Both the position numbers and the translations under genes were made by a program. DNA of 64,000 nt from Zygnema circumcarinatum SAG 698-1b (Eukaryota > Plantae > Zygnematophyceae), in the NCBI GenBank assembly GCA_037447605.1, contig CM074809.1, positions 3,028,689 to 3,092,688 on the forward strand. Reading direction: 5' to 3'. The notes under the pieces are model-generated. The model did not search any database and had not been told where the DNA came from. It saw only the letters and a program-made list of their open reading frames with translations. Shown here piece after piece: positions 24,510 through 35,318 of the stretch (within the stretch, counting starts at the first letter, position 1; each line of letters starts with the position of its first letter).

Positions 24510-25290
24510 GGCGCCGCCGCCATTGCTCCCTCCCCCCCGCCAATATCCTCCCTCCCCTCCCCCTCCCGCCGTCAGCCGTCAGCCGTCAGCCGCCCGCCCG
24601 CGGGAACGTTCCGGCGGGCCGATCCGGCCAAGTGGCCATCTGTCGATCGACATCGACGGCTCCCAGAGCCCCGCCGGCTGGCGGACCCGATCTAGCCGTC
24701 GGTTTGGTTGAATGTCCTCCTGGATCCGCGCCAGCGGCGCCTGCTCCCATTGAAAGTTCGCCGACGTGGCCGCGCCGCGATCGGTCTCTGCGCTTCCAGA
24801 AGAGGCCACGCGCCGGCCCCTCTTAAAAGGGGGCACGGCGACATAGGGCGGGAAGGACGGCCGGACGAATCTGCGAGGCAACGAAAGATTTGGTGGATGT
24901 GCCGAATCCGATTCGATTCAGATTTTCGAATCAGATATTCTTGTCGTATACGTTCCCTACATGAAAGCGTCGCGTGCGATATCGCAGATTTCGAACGTCG
25001 GAGAGACTGCGGGCGGCGGTAAAGAAAAAGACACGAACACGTGGCAGTTTGGCATTGGACGGACGGCGCGGATCTCTGTGTGGCAGCGCCGGAGCCTGTG
25101 GCCCGATCGCACGGAACAGACACGCGGTCCGAATTGCGCCGCGCGGCAGCGCAGGGACTGCGATGCTCGCGGGCCAATGTTGGCGCGGCGTCAGTCAGCG
25201 CGTAGCAGCGGACAAAGCAAACGTACGGAGATCGCCGTCGGTGGCCGTTGGGGGCGGCCTTCAGTGAAGGGTGGATGCAATGGTTGGCGG
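24510..25290. repeat. Dispersed GC-rich repeat, copy A, abutting the MYB start codon
   Basis: Colinear with 31629-32329 (for example ccccccgccaatatcctccctcccctccccctcccgccgtcagccgtcagccgtcagccgcccgcccgcgggaacgttccggcgggccgatccgg). Its distal part recurs at 48590-48640 and, inverted, just left of 47111. Confidence 0.85.
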
Positions 25291-25871
25291 CACGGGGGGG
25301 TCGCGGGGGGAGCACCGGGGGGGGGGGGGGGAGGGGGCATGCCCACGGGGGTTTGGGGGTTCACGCGATCGGCCGTGCCCGAGGCACGACTATAGCTCCG
25401 TATTATACACTTTGAGGTAACGCAAACTTTCATTGAGGTTCGATACAATGTTACAATGATGATGATGTTACAATGATACAATGTTCGATATAATACAGTA
25501 TTAATACTGTATTATACACTGTAGAATACCTTAACGCAACTGTTAACAGCCGTACAATCGGAACATAGATACGTACGGAAATTATGTACGGAGGGGGTGT
25601 ACCAACATGTACGGAGCAAGTCACACGTGTTGAATGTTTGGCAAGTGACGTGACTTGGCAGGTGCTGGAATTTCAATATTATAATCAATCTTTGTTCAAC
25701 TAAGCACGAAATAAAAAAAATACGTTAAATACATTAAAAATACACTGTATTTTTAAATGTTGTATAATACGCATGTATTATACAGTGTATTAATACACGC
25801 GTTTGATACATACGGAGCTTTAGGCACGACAAACCTTGCTCTGTAACTGGTCCGATCTAAACTGTATACAA

Positions 25872-26067
25872 TAGGGGGAGTCAGACCTTGACCATCGCTT
25901 ACGAAATTCCCGAATTCCTTTTACTAAAAGTCAAAGTTTCGTGTACGAATTCCGGGTCGGAATCCGCGGCTCCGCCGTATACAGTGAAATGTGTACCTAG
26001 CCAATCTTAATTCGCCCGACAGGCTTACGAAATTGATTTGGCGATGGTCAAGGTCTGACTCCCCCTA
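25872..26067. mobile_element. 196-bp MITE-like element with 27-bp perfect TIRs
   Basis: TAGGGGGAGTCAGACCTTGACCATCGC (25872) and GCGATGGTCAAGGTCTGACTCCCCCTA (ending 26067). The TAGGG start is hAT-like. No TSD seen (gtatacaa vs atgtggtc). Confidence 0.65.
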
Positions 26068-26169
26068 ATGTGGTCACGTCACGGGGCACGAAAGGGGCAT
26101 ACCCCCCCGGGCATGTCCCCCGTGGGCCGGGGAACGAATTGGGCCGGGACCGTGGCCCCAACCCTAACT

Positions 26170-26450
26170 GGCTGGCTGTGCAATGGTTTGCGACCATTGG
26201 CAATGGTTGGTTAAGTCTCACGCCAATGGTTGGCACATTGCCAATGGTTGGCACATTGCCAATGGTTGGCACATTGCCAATGGTTGGCACCTTGCCAATG
26301 GTTAGCTGTCTGATGCCAATAGTTGGAACCATTGCCAATGGCTGGCAAACAATTATTGGCTAAGTCTGACGCCAATAGTTGGAACCATCTCCAATGGTTG
26401 GCGATCAATGGTTGGTTGATTCTGACGTCAGATAGTTGCCAATGGTTGCC
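26170..26450. repeat. CCAATGGTTGG-family array (18-bp ccaatggttggcacattg tandem plus longer units)
   Basis: Direct read. Same family as 29820-30070, 45385-46080 and 48628-49000. Confidence 0.8.
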
Positions 26451-27373
26451 GGCGTTCTCTTCAGTCGGCAAGGAAAGGCCTTCGCTGTGACGACACTCAG
26501 GGTGAAAGAGATTCGGACACCTGTTAGCTTCTAGCTTTGCGTCTATGTCAAAGATCATGTTTTCAAAAAACTGTTTTATGGAGAAGTTCTCGTATAGCTG
26601 TAGGTTTGCAGAATGTCCTACCAAAACTCGCACCCCCGGTATTTTCTTTGAAAATTTTAGGCTTGCACCTACGTTTGACTCCGCTCTGCAAACCTGCAGT
26701 GCTTTCAGCGGACTGCATTGATTCGATAGCAGCAATACGAATCCAGATGCCTGTGGGCCCGCCGGATTTCCATTCCTCTTTCCTGCTCTGCCTCGAGAGG
26801 GGCGCCATCGAAGATCTCCGTCGCTTTCCGCCGGATGCGACTTATTTTTGCCCTATGTGACGCGCACATCAGCACTGGAATACGAAAGCTTTGAAGCGGG
26901 CAAGGCGCGCCTCATTGAAAGAGGGGAGCGCTTCAGCGATATTTCCTCAAAGGTTTGTCTACTAGACCTCAGCAACCCCCTTTTTTTGGATATGTAGTTC
27001 TGTTATCATCTATATTTGCGTGTATCTTCAAGAACATAGGCTGAACCTGATCGCCCTTAACGAGAAATGTCAATGATTTGGTGTTGACCAGACGCGAGAG
27101 ACCATAGCATTGTTGGGGCAGGATTTCGTGCGTGATGGCAGCACCAACTTGGTCCATGGCTTCTCGTGTCACACCTTTTTTTTCTAGACACAAACCTTTT
27201 TTCGCCGGGCAGATTTTAAAATAGACAATAAAGGATTAAAAACTGAAAATGCTTTCACATCTTTCAGGAATCGATACACACCTTTTTCGACGGGCAGATT
27301 TTATCCCTGATTTTTTTTTTGAGAGACAAAATATATGTTAGGGCCTGTCCGAATCCGCTCGGACGTACGTACG

Positions 27374-28530
27374 ACGTATAGCACCTTCTGTTGTGATCTT
27401 GCATCACACGGATTCGGTGAGCTATGCAACCAAGGATACAGACACGCTGTGTGTTCCAAAGAATGTAAGATTCAATTTGATGTCACCGCAGCTCCAGCAC
27501 CGCAATATTGTGAATTACTCATGGTTAGCTATAGCACGTGTAGTGAGGCCATCCTATTGCCATTGTCATATCTCACAATGAGATGACTAGGGCCTAAAGT
27601 GGGACTCTGTGGTCACCTAAGGTATTCAAGAACCTAAGCATTGCAGATCCATAGTTACCGCTCAAAGCGTGCAATATTTACTGTGCAGTTGTCATCGTCC
27701 CAGAGCATCTTGACGGGTCAGCCAGCATGGCCCGTTCCAGTAAGGTTGATGGGACCGCTCAATGGCACATCCATGAACCACTCATGGACACAGAAGAGCT
27801 TCCTTTGGATATACGTGTACAGCGGCAGCAGCGGGTAACATTAGTTAGCTGCTTTTCAAGTTATATGCATCTGGTTTCTGCTCAATAACTACAGGAACAC
27901 AGTTTTCGTTAGTTCTGAGTGAGTCTGTGGTCTCAGCGTATTGCAGAGATGAAGAGCGTCTTGCATCTGTTAGAGAGAATAGACGCGGGGAGCATTCCTG
28001 ACTCATCCAATGTGCTCCGAGGAAACGAAGCTCTGAGACTTTCGCTGTTCACTGGGCGATTAGATTTAGAGAAAGTGGCGATTGCTGGGCATTCATTTGG
28101 GGCTGTGACAAGTGCGCTTTTCGCTGACAAAGAGCCGCGAGTGGCTGCATGCCTTGCACTCGACGCATGGTGGACCCCTCTTGTCGATGTGAGGCTTCCA
28201 GGCGGACTCTCTATCCTTGAATTTTGAAGGTTTACCGTTCCCAAACCTCGTTTGTAGAATATGTGCTACAGCCTACGTTTCAGCAACCCAAGCATGTGTA
28301 CATACGTGAGTCCTTTTGCTGGAAGTCAAAAATGAGTCACAGATAGGCGGTTATGCTGTGTTGGGCAGGCAGGGGTGCATATCACCGCGGGTTCGTGTCC
28401 TATGCTTATTGTAAACAACTCAGACTTTGGTGGGGCTAAGCTGCGGAATGCTCGAGATAGAGTTCTGGCGGCGCGGAAGGCAGCGTATGAGGGGGGAATG
28501 GCCACTGACATTTTGATCGTTCAGTTGTAT
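27374..28530 (+). pseudogene. Platelet-activating factor acetylhydrolase (PAF-AH) family lipase, internal fragment lacking the N-terminus
   Basis: Spliced TYSTFCCDLASHGF|VVIVPEHLDGSAS...QRQQR|RIAEMKSVLHLL...GRLDLEKVAIAGHSFGAVTS...ACLALDAWW. It has the GHSFG nucleophile motif and the LDAW motif. The first exon starts mid-sequence, right after transposon-like DNA. I could not find an intact catalytic-His exon. Confidence 0.75.
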
Positions 28531-29819
28531 CTTACACTTCCTGTTCCAATAGCTGTTCTATATGGTTGAACTTCAGACAGTAGTCAGTAGGATGAGTGAT
28601 GAATGCATTGATAATATGTAAGCAGCTGCTTTCAATCTCGCATACTGGCACATCTCTAGATTGACCTTTTCTTTTCAGGGCGGTTGATTTCACATGTAGC
28701 TCGTTTCCAACTACAGCAAACAGCCTAGCTTGGAAAGCTACATGCGCTTGAACCGCAATGCTTTTCTATGCCGACCTGCCATACCATTACCATACCATTC
28801 TAATCCATCATTGCGAAATGGATGGCTGCAGGGCTCCCGGCATCAGGATCAGTCAGACTTGCCTCTCCTTTTCCCATGCGTAACTCGTAAATTAGGGTGA
28901 GACGAGCTACTACTCTGCTTCGATGACTCTGTCTACCGTCTTTGCGCTGTGAGAGACGGAGGACTTTCCTTCTGCTTGCTCACGCTTGGGGGCCATGGAG
29001 GGAGACATTTCTGCAGAGCTTCCGGGAAGCTTTGAGGCTTCCGCATGCGGCTCATCACCAGTCGAGCGTGCTTGGCGTTTCTTCACCGGAACTTCTTGTC
29101 TCCAGGTCTGCATAGGAAGCAGCCGTTCCCCTGCCACACCGCAAGTTGATATTGGGAGAGGTATGCAGGGTGGGATTATGTGTGAGAATCATACCTGAGG
29201 GTGACCTTGTGTGACCGTACTTGTGGAGTTTGGCAGGTGCGGGTGCTCCATACGATGCAGCCTATTTGACAGAGTCGGACAAAGAGAATACCGGAATTGA
29301 GACCTTTTGAGTTCCACATGTACGAATCACCATCTGCAGCACTGGAGTTCGTCGTGTGCACGGGCTACTCACTGTCTGGCTTGAGAGCGGGTTCTCCCTC
29401 GCGTGATTATTCATGTGTGGACGAATGGAAACCGTATAATCATTCTCAAAGGAAATTGTTGGCTTCTTCGGGCATTGTTTGGGTTTTGGACGCCGTTATG
29501 ATTCTCGTTAGTGATTATGAAGGAGCATAATGCTGTGCTTCCAGAGATATGATTGGGGTGGGCATTCGTGATAGGCTTGTTTGCTAATTGGCAGCATTCT
29601 TTTGCAACTTTGACCACGATCCAGAGCAATCAACCAGCCGTGTGATGACTGATCAAGACAATAATGATATAGTCAACTTTGTGCCACCCATGTAATGTGT
29701 CAGAGCATTTGCAAGCGTGAGACGTATCTTTAGACCTTTTGGAACCATAAATCTCTGACAGATCTGGAATGAGATGACAATAGATCAGCTCTGAGACTCG
29801 GGCCACTCCTGTGGAAACA

Positions 29820-30070
29820 ACCACAGGTCCAACCATTGGATCACCGTCGGAATGATTCCAACAATTGGTTGCCAAGCATTAGCCATGGTAATCGTTGATT
29901 GATGGACTTGCGCACTTGACGGCCAATCATCCAACCATTGGTCGCCAAGGCTTGCCCACCATCGCTAAGGGTTGAACCACAGCTTCAATCGTTCGTAGCC
30001 ATTGCCAGTGGGTTAAACCAATTGTGACAATGCTCGCCATCCGTACCACCAACCAATCGATGCGAAAAGC
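29820..30070. repeat. CCAACCATTGG-family array, mostly inverted relative to 26170-26450
   Basis: Repeated ccaaccattgg/ccaatc/caattgg words, read directly. Confidence 0.6.
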
Positions 30071-30089
30071 GTGGTTTGACTCGTGAAGT

Positions 30090-30396
30090 TGTGATGCAAA
30101 CTTATCCCCAGCAATAACATCACAAAGGGAAGAACCTTCAACAGAGAGCATGAGAGCAACAAGAGTGGCCCAGCACCAACAACAACAACAGCACTAGGAT
30201 CAACAACAACATAGAGCATGAGAGCAACATGAGCGCCCCCACAAGTTGAAGCAGTAGCGCCCCAGTCCCAGTCTGACCTTTCCACAGGGGGGGACTGCGC
30301 CCTTCCGGTCGCGGCTGAAGCGTTAGCTCCGTGTCCCCTCCCTCCGCCGGCAGCTTTAGGGTTGACTTTTCCCTCCTTCCCCTGCGCCTCCGCCAT
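30090..30396 (-). pseudogene. 5' fragment of a membrane-protein gene, possibly RNFT-like (RING finger transmembrane)
   Basis: MAEAQGKEGK...LLKVLPFVMLLLGISLHHNF resembles the first TM segment of RNFT proteins. It contains an internal duplication (agagcatgagagcaaca twice) and ends in the CCAACCATTGG array. The family call is tentative. Confidence 0.35.
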
Positions 30397-30587
30397 GGCT
30401 GCGGGGGAGTTCTGCGCCGTCCTTACCTCTCGCTCCACATGGTCAGGAGCGAACTTGGTGGACTGCAGGCAGTGGCGCTCTGCCGAGCCGCTCTACAAGC
30501 AGGCCACCTGGACTGTAAGAGAGGGACTAGGCTAGTGAACAGGCTAGGGTTTGAATTGAACGCAGATTAGAAGGGCTGCGCGGCGCC

Positions 30588-31339
30588 ATGGCGCAGAATA
30601 TCGAAGATTGGTATAAGCAGATGCCGATCATCACTCGGTCATATCTCACCCTGTCGTTCCTCACAACAGCTGGATGCGTTTTGGAGGTGCTTGACTTCTC
30701 CTCTCGGCAGCTTCTGTCCCTTCCATGAGTTTTTCCCACTGCCTGTCTTATTCTATTTGATTCTAAGAGGGATCCTCGTGCGAGTTGCTGAATAGTCCTG
30801 CTCGTGCCCAACAGAGGGATACACAAGTTTCTATCCTGAAGTATGTGTGGTAGTTCAGCTCTGTCCTCACAGCTGACTGTATTTGTGAGGCCTGTCCCTG
30901 ATGCAGATAATCACACCTCTAAAAGTGTATATTAATGCCAAATTAATCTTTCAGAATTTCGAGTTATGGCGATTGTTTACGAACTTCCTGTTCTTTGGTA
31001 ACATTGGTACGTACGATACGTTCACGAAGCTTCTAGCCTGATGCAAAAATCTATCACTCTTTTGTGCTCACGTGGTCAAGGAGAAAATGGTTGACTCGAG
31101 TACGTTTGATGGTCCAGGCAGCAGCTTCTTTAAAACAAGAGGATGCTTTTGTTTTAGGTATCGATTTTCTATTTCATACGTTCTTCTTATCTCGGTACTG
31201 GAAATTGTTGGAGGATACTTAATTCTGTGGGCGAACTGCTGATTTATTCTACATGCTCGTCTTTGGCGGCTCTCTCCTTAGGCTGGTGGCTCCTTTTGTG
31301 AATATACAGTTTTTGGGCTAGTCGCTTACCTTTATGATG
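30588..31339 (+). pseudogene. DER2: Derlin-2 (DER2) pseudogene, first three exons only
   Basis: Exons 30588-30686, 30907-31006 and 31158-31339: MAQNIEDWYKQMPIITRSYLTL...WRLFTNFLFFG...DFLFHTFFLSRYWKLLEDT*FCGRTAD...FLG*SLTFMM. In-frame TAA at 31220-31222 and TAG at 31319-31321. The expected next exon (VYVW...) is absent before repeat copy B. Confidence 0.88.
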
Positions 31340-31628
31340 GTATGTATGCTCCCAGCCTTTGAATGGTTGGACATACCTCTGATTTCTCGAAAATTACATT
31401 CTTTCACCTGTCAAAAAAAAATTGGTACAGACAGGATTGAATCTTGTTCTATGCCAAGGCATACAACTGGTCGGCATTGCAGGTCCGTTAACTAACTGCT
31501 GCACTGTTTGTGCATCAAGTATTTGTTCTTACGAACCTGGCAGATAGCATTTGTGTAATTCGTATTGATAAGAAATTTAACCGCAGCCAATATGCAGAGA
31601 GAAATCAACATGCCAAATGCAAAGGGAC

Positions 31629-32329
31629 GGCCCCGCCGCCATGGCTCAATCCCCCCCGCCAATATCCTCCCTCCCCTCCCCCTCCCGCCGTCAGCCGTCA
31701 GCCGTCAGCCGCCCGCCCGCGGGAACGTTCCGGCGGGCCGATCCGGTCAAGCGGCCATCTGTCGATCCGCCATCGGACGGCTCCCAGGGCCCCGCCGGCG
31801 GGTGGGCGCGATCTAGCCGTCGGGTTGTTCGAGCGCCCTCCTGGATCCGCGCCACCGGCGCCCTCTCCCATTGGAAGTTCGCTGACGTGGCCGCGCCGCG
31901 ATCGGCCTCTGCGCTTCCAAGTGCGGCCGCGCGCCGGCCCGACTTAAAAGGAGGCACGGCGACTTCGGGCGGAAAGGACGGCCGTGCGAATCTACGAGTC
32001 AACGAAAGATTCGGTGCATATAGCAGTTAAGATTCGAATCAGATTTTCGAGTCCGACTTTATTGTCGTATACGATACCGACATGAAGGAGTAGCGTGCGA
32101 CATCGCAGAGGTGTCGAACATCGGAGGGGACTGCGGGCGGAAACAATGAAAACGACACCGTCCACGTGGCATCTCGACATTAGCTGAACGGCGCGGATCT
32201 CTGCGTGGCAGCGCCGGAGCCTGGCCCGATCGCACGGAACAAGCCCGCGGTCCGAATTGCGCCGCGCGCTGTCAATCGGGGGGCAATCCGGAGGCAATCA
32301 GCGCGCGGCGTCAGTCAGCGCCGTGGGAG
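31629..32329. repeat. Dispersed GC-rich repeat, copy B, truncated by the hAT end at 32330
   Basis: Homologous to 24510-25200. Confidence 0.85.
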
Positions 32330-33392
32330 TAGGGATGGATTAATTACGACTATATAATATATATTATATTATACAACTGTGACGACTAGATAACGGCTGT
32401 TATATATTACTTTACAACGCCTTTACAACATGTACGGTCGTACGGTCGTACCACTGTACGGTATTATGCGGCCCGAGCACGATGTAGCGTAACGGAGCTG
32501 CGTTCGGCGGATCCGCGTCCGTTCAGTTGTACTTGACGTATGCCTCTTCCGTGTCACGGATCAACGGAATCCAGGAGCTGCCAGCGGAGATTGAGAGAAG
32601 GCGGCGCCATGCGTTGGCGGCCCACGGAACAGCACACCATCCAGCAAGGCGCACTCGGGNNNNNNNNNNACTGCTAAGACTCAAGATCTATTGTCAGTGT
32701 TAAGTAGATGGGATGTCAGTGATGCTTGTTTGTCTTTTAGTGCTGGGCTTAGTATTTGGATTTGCTGTGTGGTTTGTTGTCTTGTTCTTCTTTCTTCTTT
32801 TCCTTCCTCTTCAGTTACAGCAACAGATGCTAAGTAAGAGAGAGAGAGAGAGAGAGAGTTCCATGCCATAGAGAGAGAGAGAGAGAGAGAAAGAGTTTCT
32901 TGCTGATAGCATTTAGACGTCCCATTCAGCCCAGTTAGACAAAGATTTCAGTGAGANNNNNNNNNNACGTCTTCAGAATCCCTACGTCTTCCGCTGCGCG
33001 TACCTCTGAATCCCCCGGATCCTGGCTCTATGCTGCAGGCAGACCCACAGCACCACCCCAACCCTACGTCAGTTTCAGCACGGACACGCGAGTGGCCGTA
33101 CAGCCCCTGCAGCTAGCTCAGCAGTCTTTGTTTAACCCCACTTATCTTGTGCTACAACGAGCAGACAGAGAAAACCAGACGGACGCATTTCGCAACGCCA
33201 ACGCCAAAACGACCTAATTTTGGTGTGGTACGACCGTACGACCGTACGACTACGGCCGTACGGTCGTTAATTGTTCAAAACGAATGGGTATAATATATAT
33301 AATAAAGTCTTTTACTTTATAATATATTACTACTTTTAAACCCGTTGTAAAGTATATAATATATTCGGAATTTATAACGCGGGCCATTCCTA
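32330..33392. mobile_element. hAT-superfamily element ends (Ac/Ds-like TIR), interior interrupted by two N-gaps
   Basis: TAGGGATGG at 32330 and CCATTCCTA ending 33392 (one mismatch), with subterminal CGTACG/ACGACCGT repeats. Both ends are homologous to the ends of 47119-48576. Gaps at 32660-32669 and 32957-32966. Confidence 0.75.
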
Positions 33393-34033
33393 GTCAGGAC
33401 CCCCTGCGAAATCGCTCGCGACGCCTTCGTGTCGGGAACGTATGCCGTGAAACTTCTACGACAAGAAAATCTGAAAATTTGAGCCGCACCGTGTAGCGTA
33501 AAACCGAAGAGGCTGAGACATTTGGAAACGAGGGTACTGTACTTAATTTCTCAATTCGCAATCTTGTTGCACACGCGAGGTCGAAACTTTTTCGATTTGA
33601 AAAAGCGAAAAGTAAAAAAAAAACGTTCAAAGACTCAACACGTTCGGCTGCAAGTGTGGATTCCACTTTTTGCCACGTTGTTGGTTTCGTGCGATTGAAG
33701 GGATCCGGTTAGCCCGAGCCCCAGTTTTGCCGTACGAATCTCTCGCGAGCCGATCAACAATTTCTGTACGGACAACCGGGTCCATGCGCTTGGCAATGGC
33801 AAAATCTCATTGTTGCTCAGTGGACCCAAGGAAAACTCAAACTGAACACGAACGATGATTATTTGTTCAATGTTTAATTGGTTTTCCATAAAAATAATTT
33901 TGAGAAAAAAAATTTAGGAATTCATTTCTCATTTCTCAAAATGAATCGTATTCACAAATACAGGGTTTCTCATAAAGAAACTGGTTTTCAATTTTTTTAT
34001 TTTGAGAAGCCAAAATCTTTAACTTCTTTTCGT

Positions 34034-34989
34034 GGGTAGTGATATTTCCACCCCTTTTTTGGATCCAAACACCCCTTCCCGGCCGGGCAGATTTCAAAAG
34101 GGATTAAAAACGGAAAATGCTGTTTTCACACCTTTTTGGAATCGATACCCACCTTCTTCCGTCGGCTGATTTTATTTTTGCTAACCAGCGAAAATGATAC
34201 CCCGTCCCCGCATTTTGAATACTGTATGATCTGTATCCCGCCTCCCTGAATTTTTTTTTTGAGGGAAAGATATATCTGCCTGCCCGAATCCGCTCGGAGC
34301 GGAAGATCCGTCTGCCACGAGATCGTTCGCGAGTGTCCGTCCTTCACACGTGCGTGTCAATCGCATCTGTCGATTTCCCTCGCAGATCGCACCACTGCAG
34401 ATCAAACGTTTGATCTGCAGCCGGGCTCGATCTTAGCGAATGGAAAGCGCCCACGAGTCCCGCCAAAGCCGGATCACACGTGCGAGTGCGCGCGTCCCTC
34501 GGCCCGAGATCTCGTGCATTGTCAGATCTCAGCCAATCAACATCTGCCACGTGTTAAATTTTTGACGTGGAAAACTTTGATTGGTCCAAGCTTTTAATGT
34601 ACGAAATATTGGGTTCCTCAAAGTTGCGACCGTACGACATTTGTACGAACAAACTTTTGAGAAGAGTTTGGCGGGATACGTGGGCACGTGCCATTCGCTG
34701 TGACCGAGCCCGGCTGCAGAGCAAATAGTGATCTGCCGTGTTAAGATCTGCGAGGGAATCGACGGCTGCGATTAACCGCACGCGTGAAAAAAATTCAGGT
34801 AGGCCGGATATTCAAAATGGGGTGACGGGTTATTTCCTTGTTTCGCAAAAATAAAATCTGCCGATGGAGGGTGGGTATCGATTCCAAAAAGGTGTGAAAA
34901 AAGCATTTTCCGTTTTTAATCCTTTTTGAAATCTGCCCGGCCGGGAAGGGGTGTTTGGATCCAAAAAAGGGGTGGAAATATCACTACCC
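34034..34989. mobile_element. 956-bp non-autonomous long-TIR element (Merlin- or Mutator-like MITE)
   Basis: TIRs of about 135 bp (imperfectly longer) begin GGGTAGTGATATTTCCACCCC and end GGGGTGGAAATATCACTACCC. The flanks CTTTTCGT (34026-34033) and CTTTTCAT (34990-34997) are an 8-bp TSD with one CpG-type transition. A related TIR remnant lies at 27170-27365. Confidence 0.8.
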
Positions 34990-35318
34990 CTTTTCATAAC
35001 CTGTTCGGTTTTACCAAACGACAAAACATTCAGATTCCAAATCTGATTCAAATCAGAAATCCGCATCCACCGACTCTTCGCGGCCGCCCAGACAGCTGAC
35101 GCCAGCGCGGCCTTGCAAGAGTTTGGAGCCTGAAAGGTAAAGGAAGCCGGACGGACAAGACGGTCTTACAAGACGGTTCTGCTTCCCGCAGAGCCGTCTT
35201 GTCTTGCAGGATCTGCAGGAAACTGCAGGGCAGGGCAGGAGGGAGAGAGGGAGGGACGGAGGGAGAGACGAAGGGAGGGAGAGACGAAGGGAGGCAGAGG
35301 AAAGGGGGGAGAGTAGCC

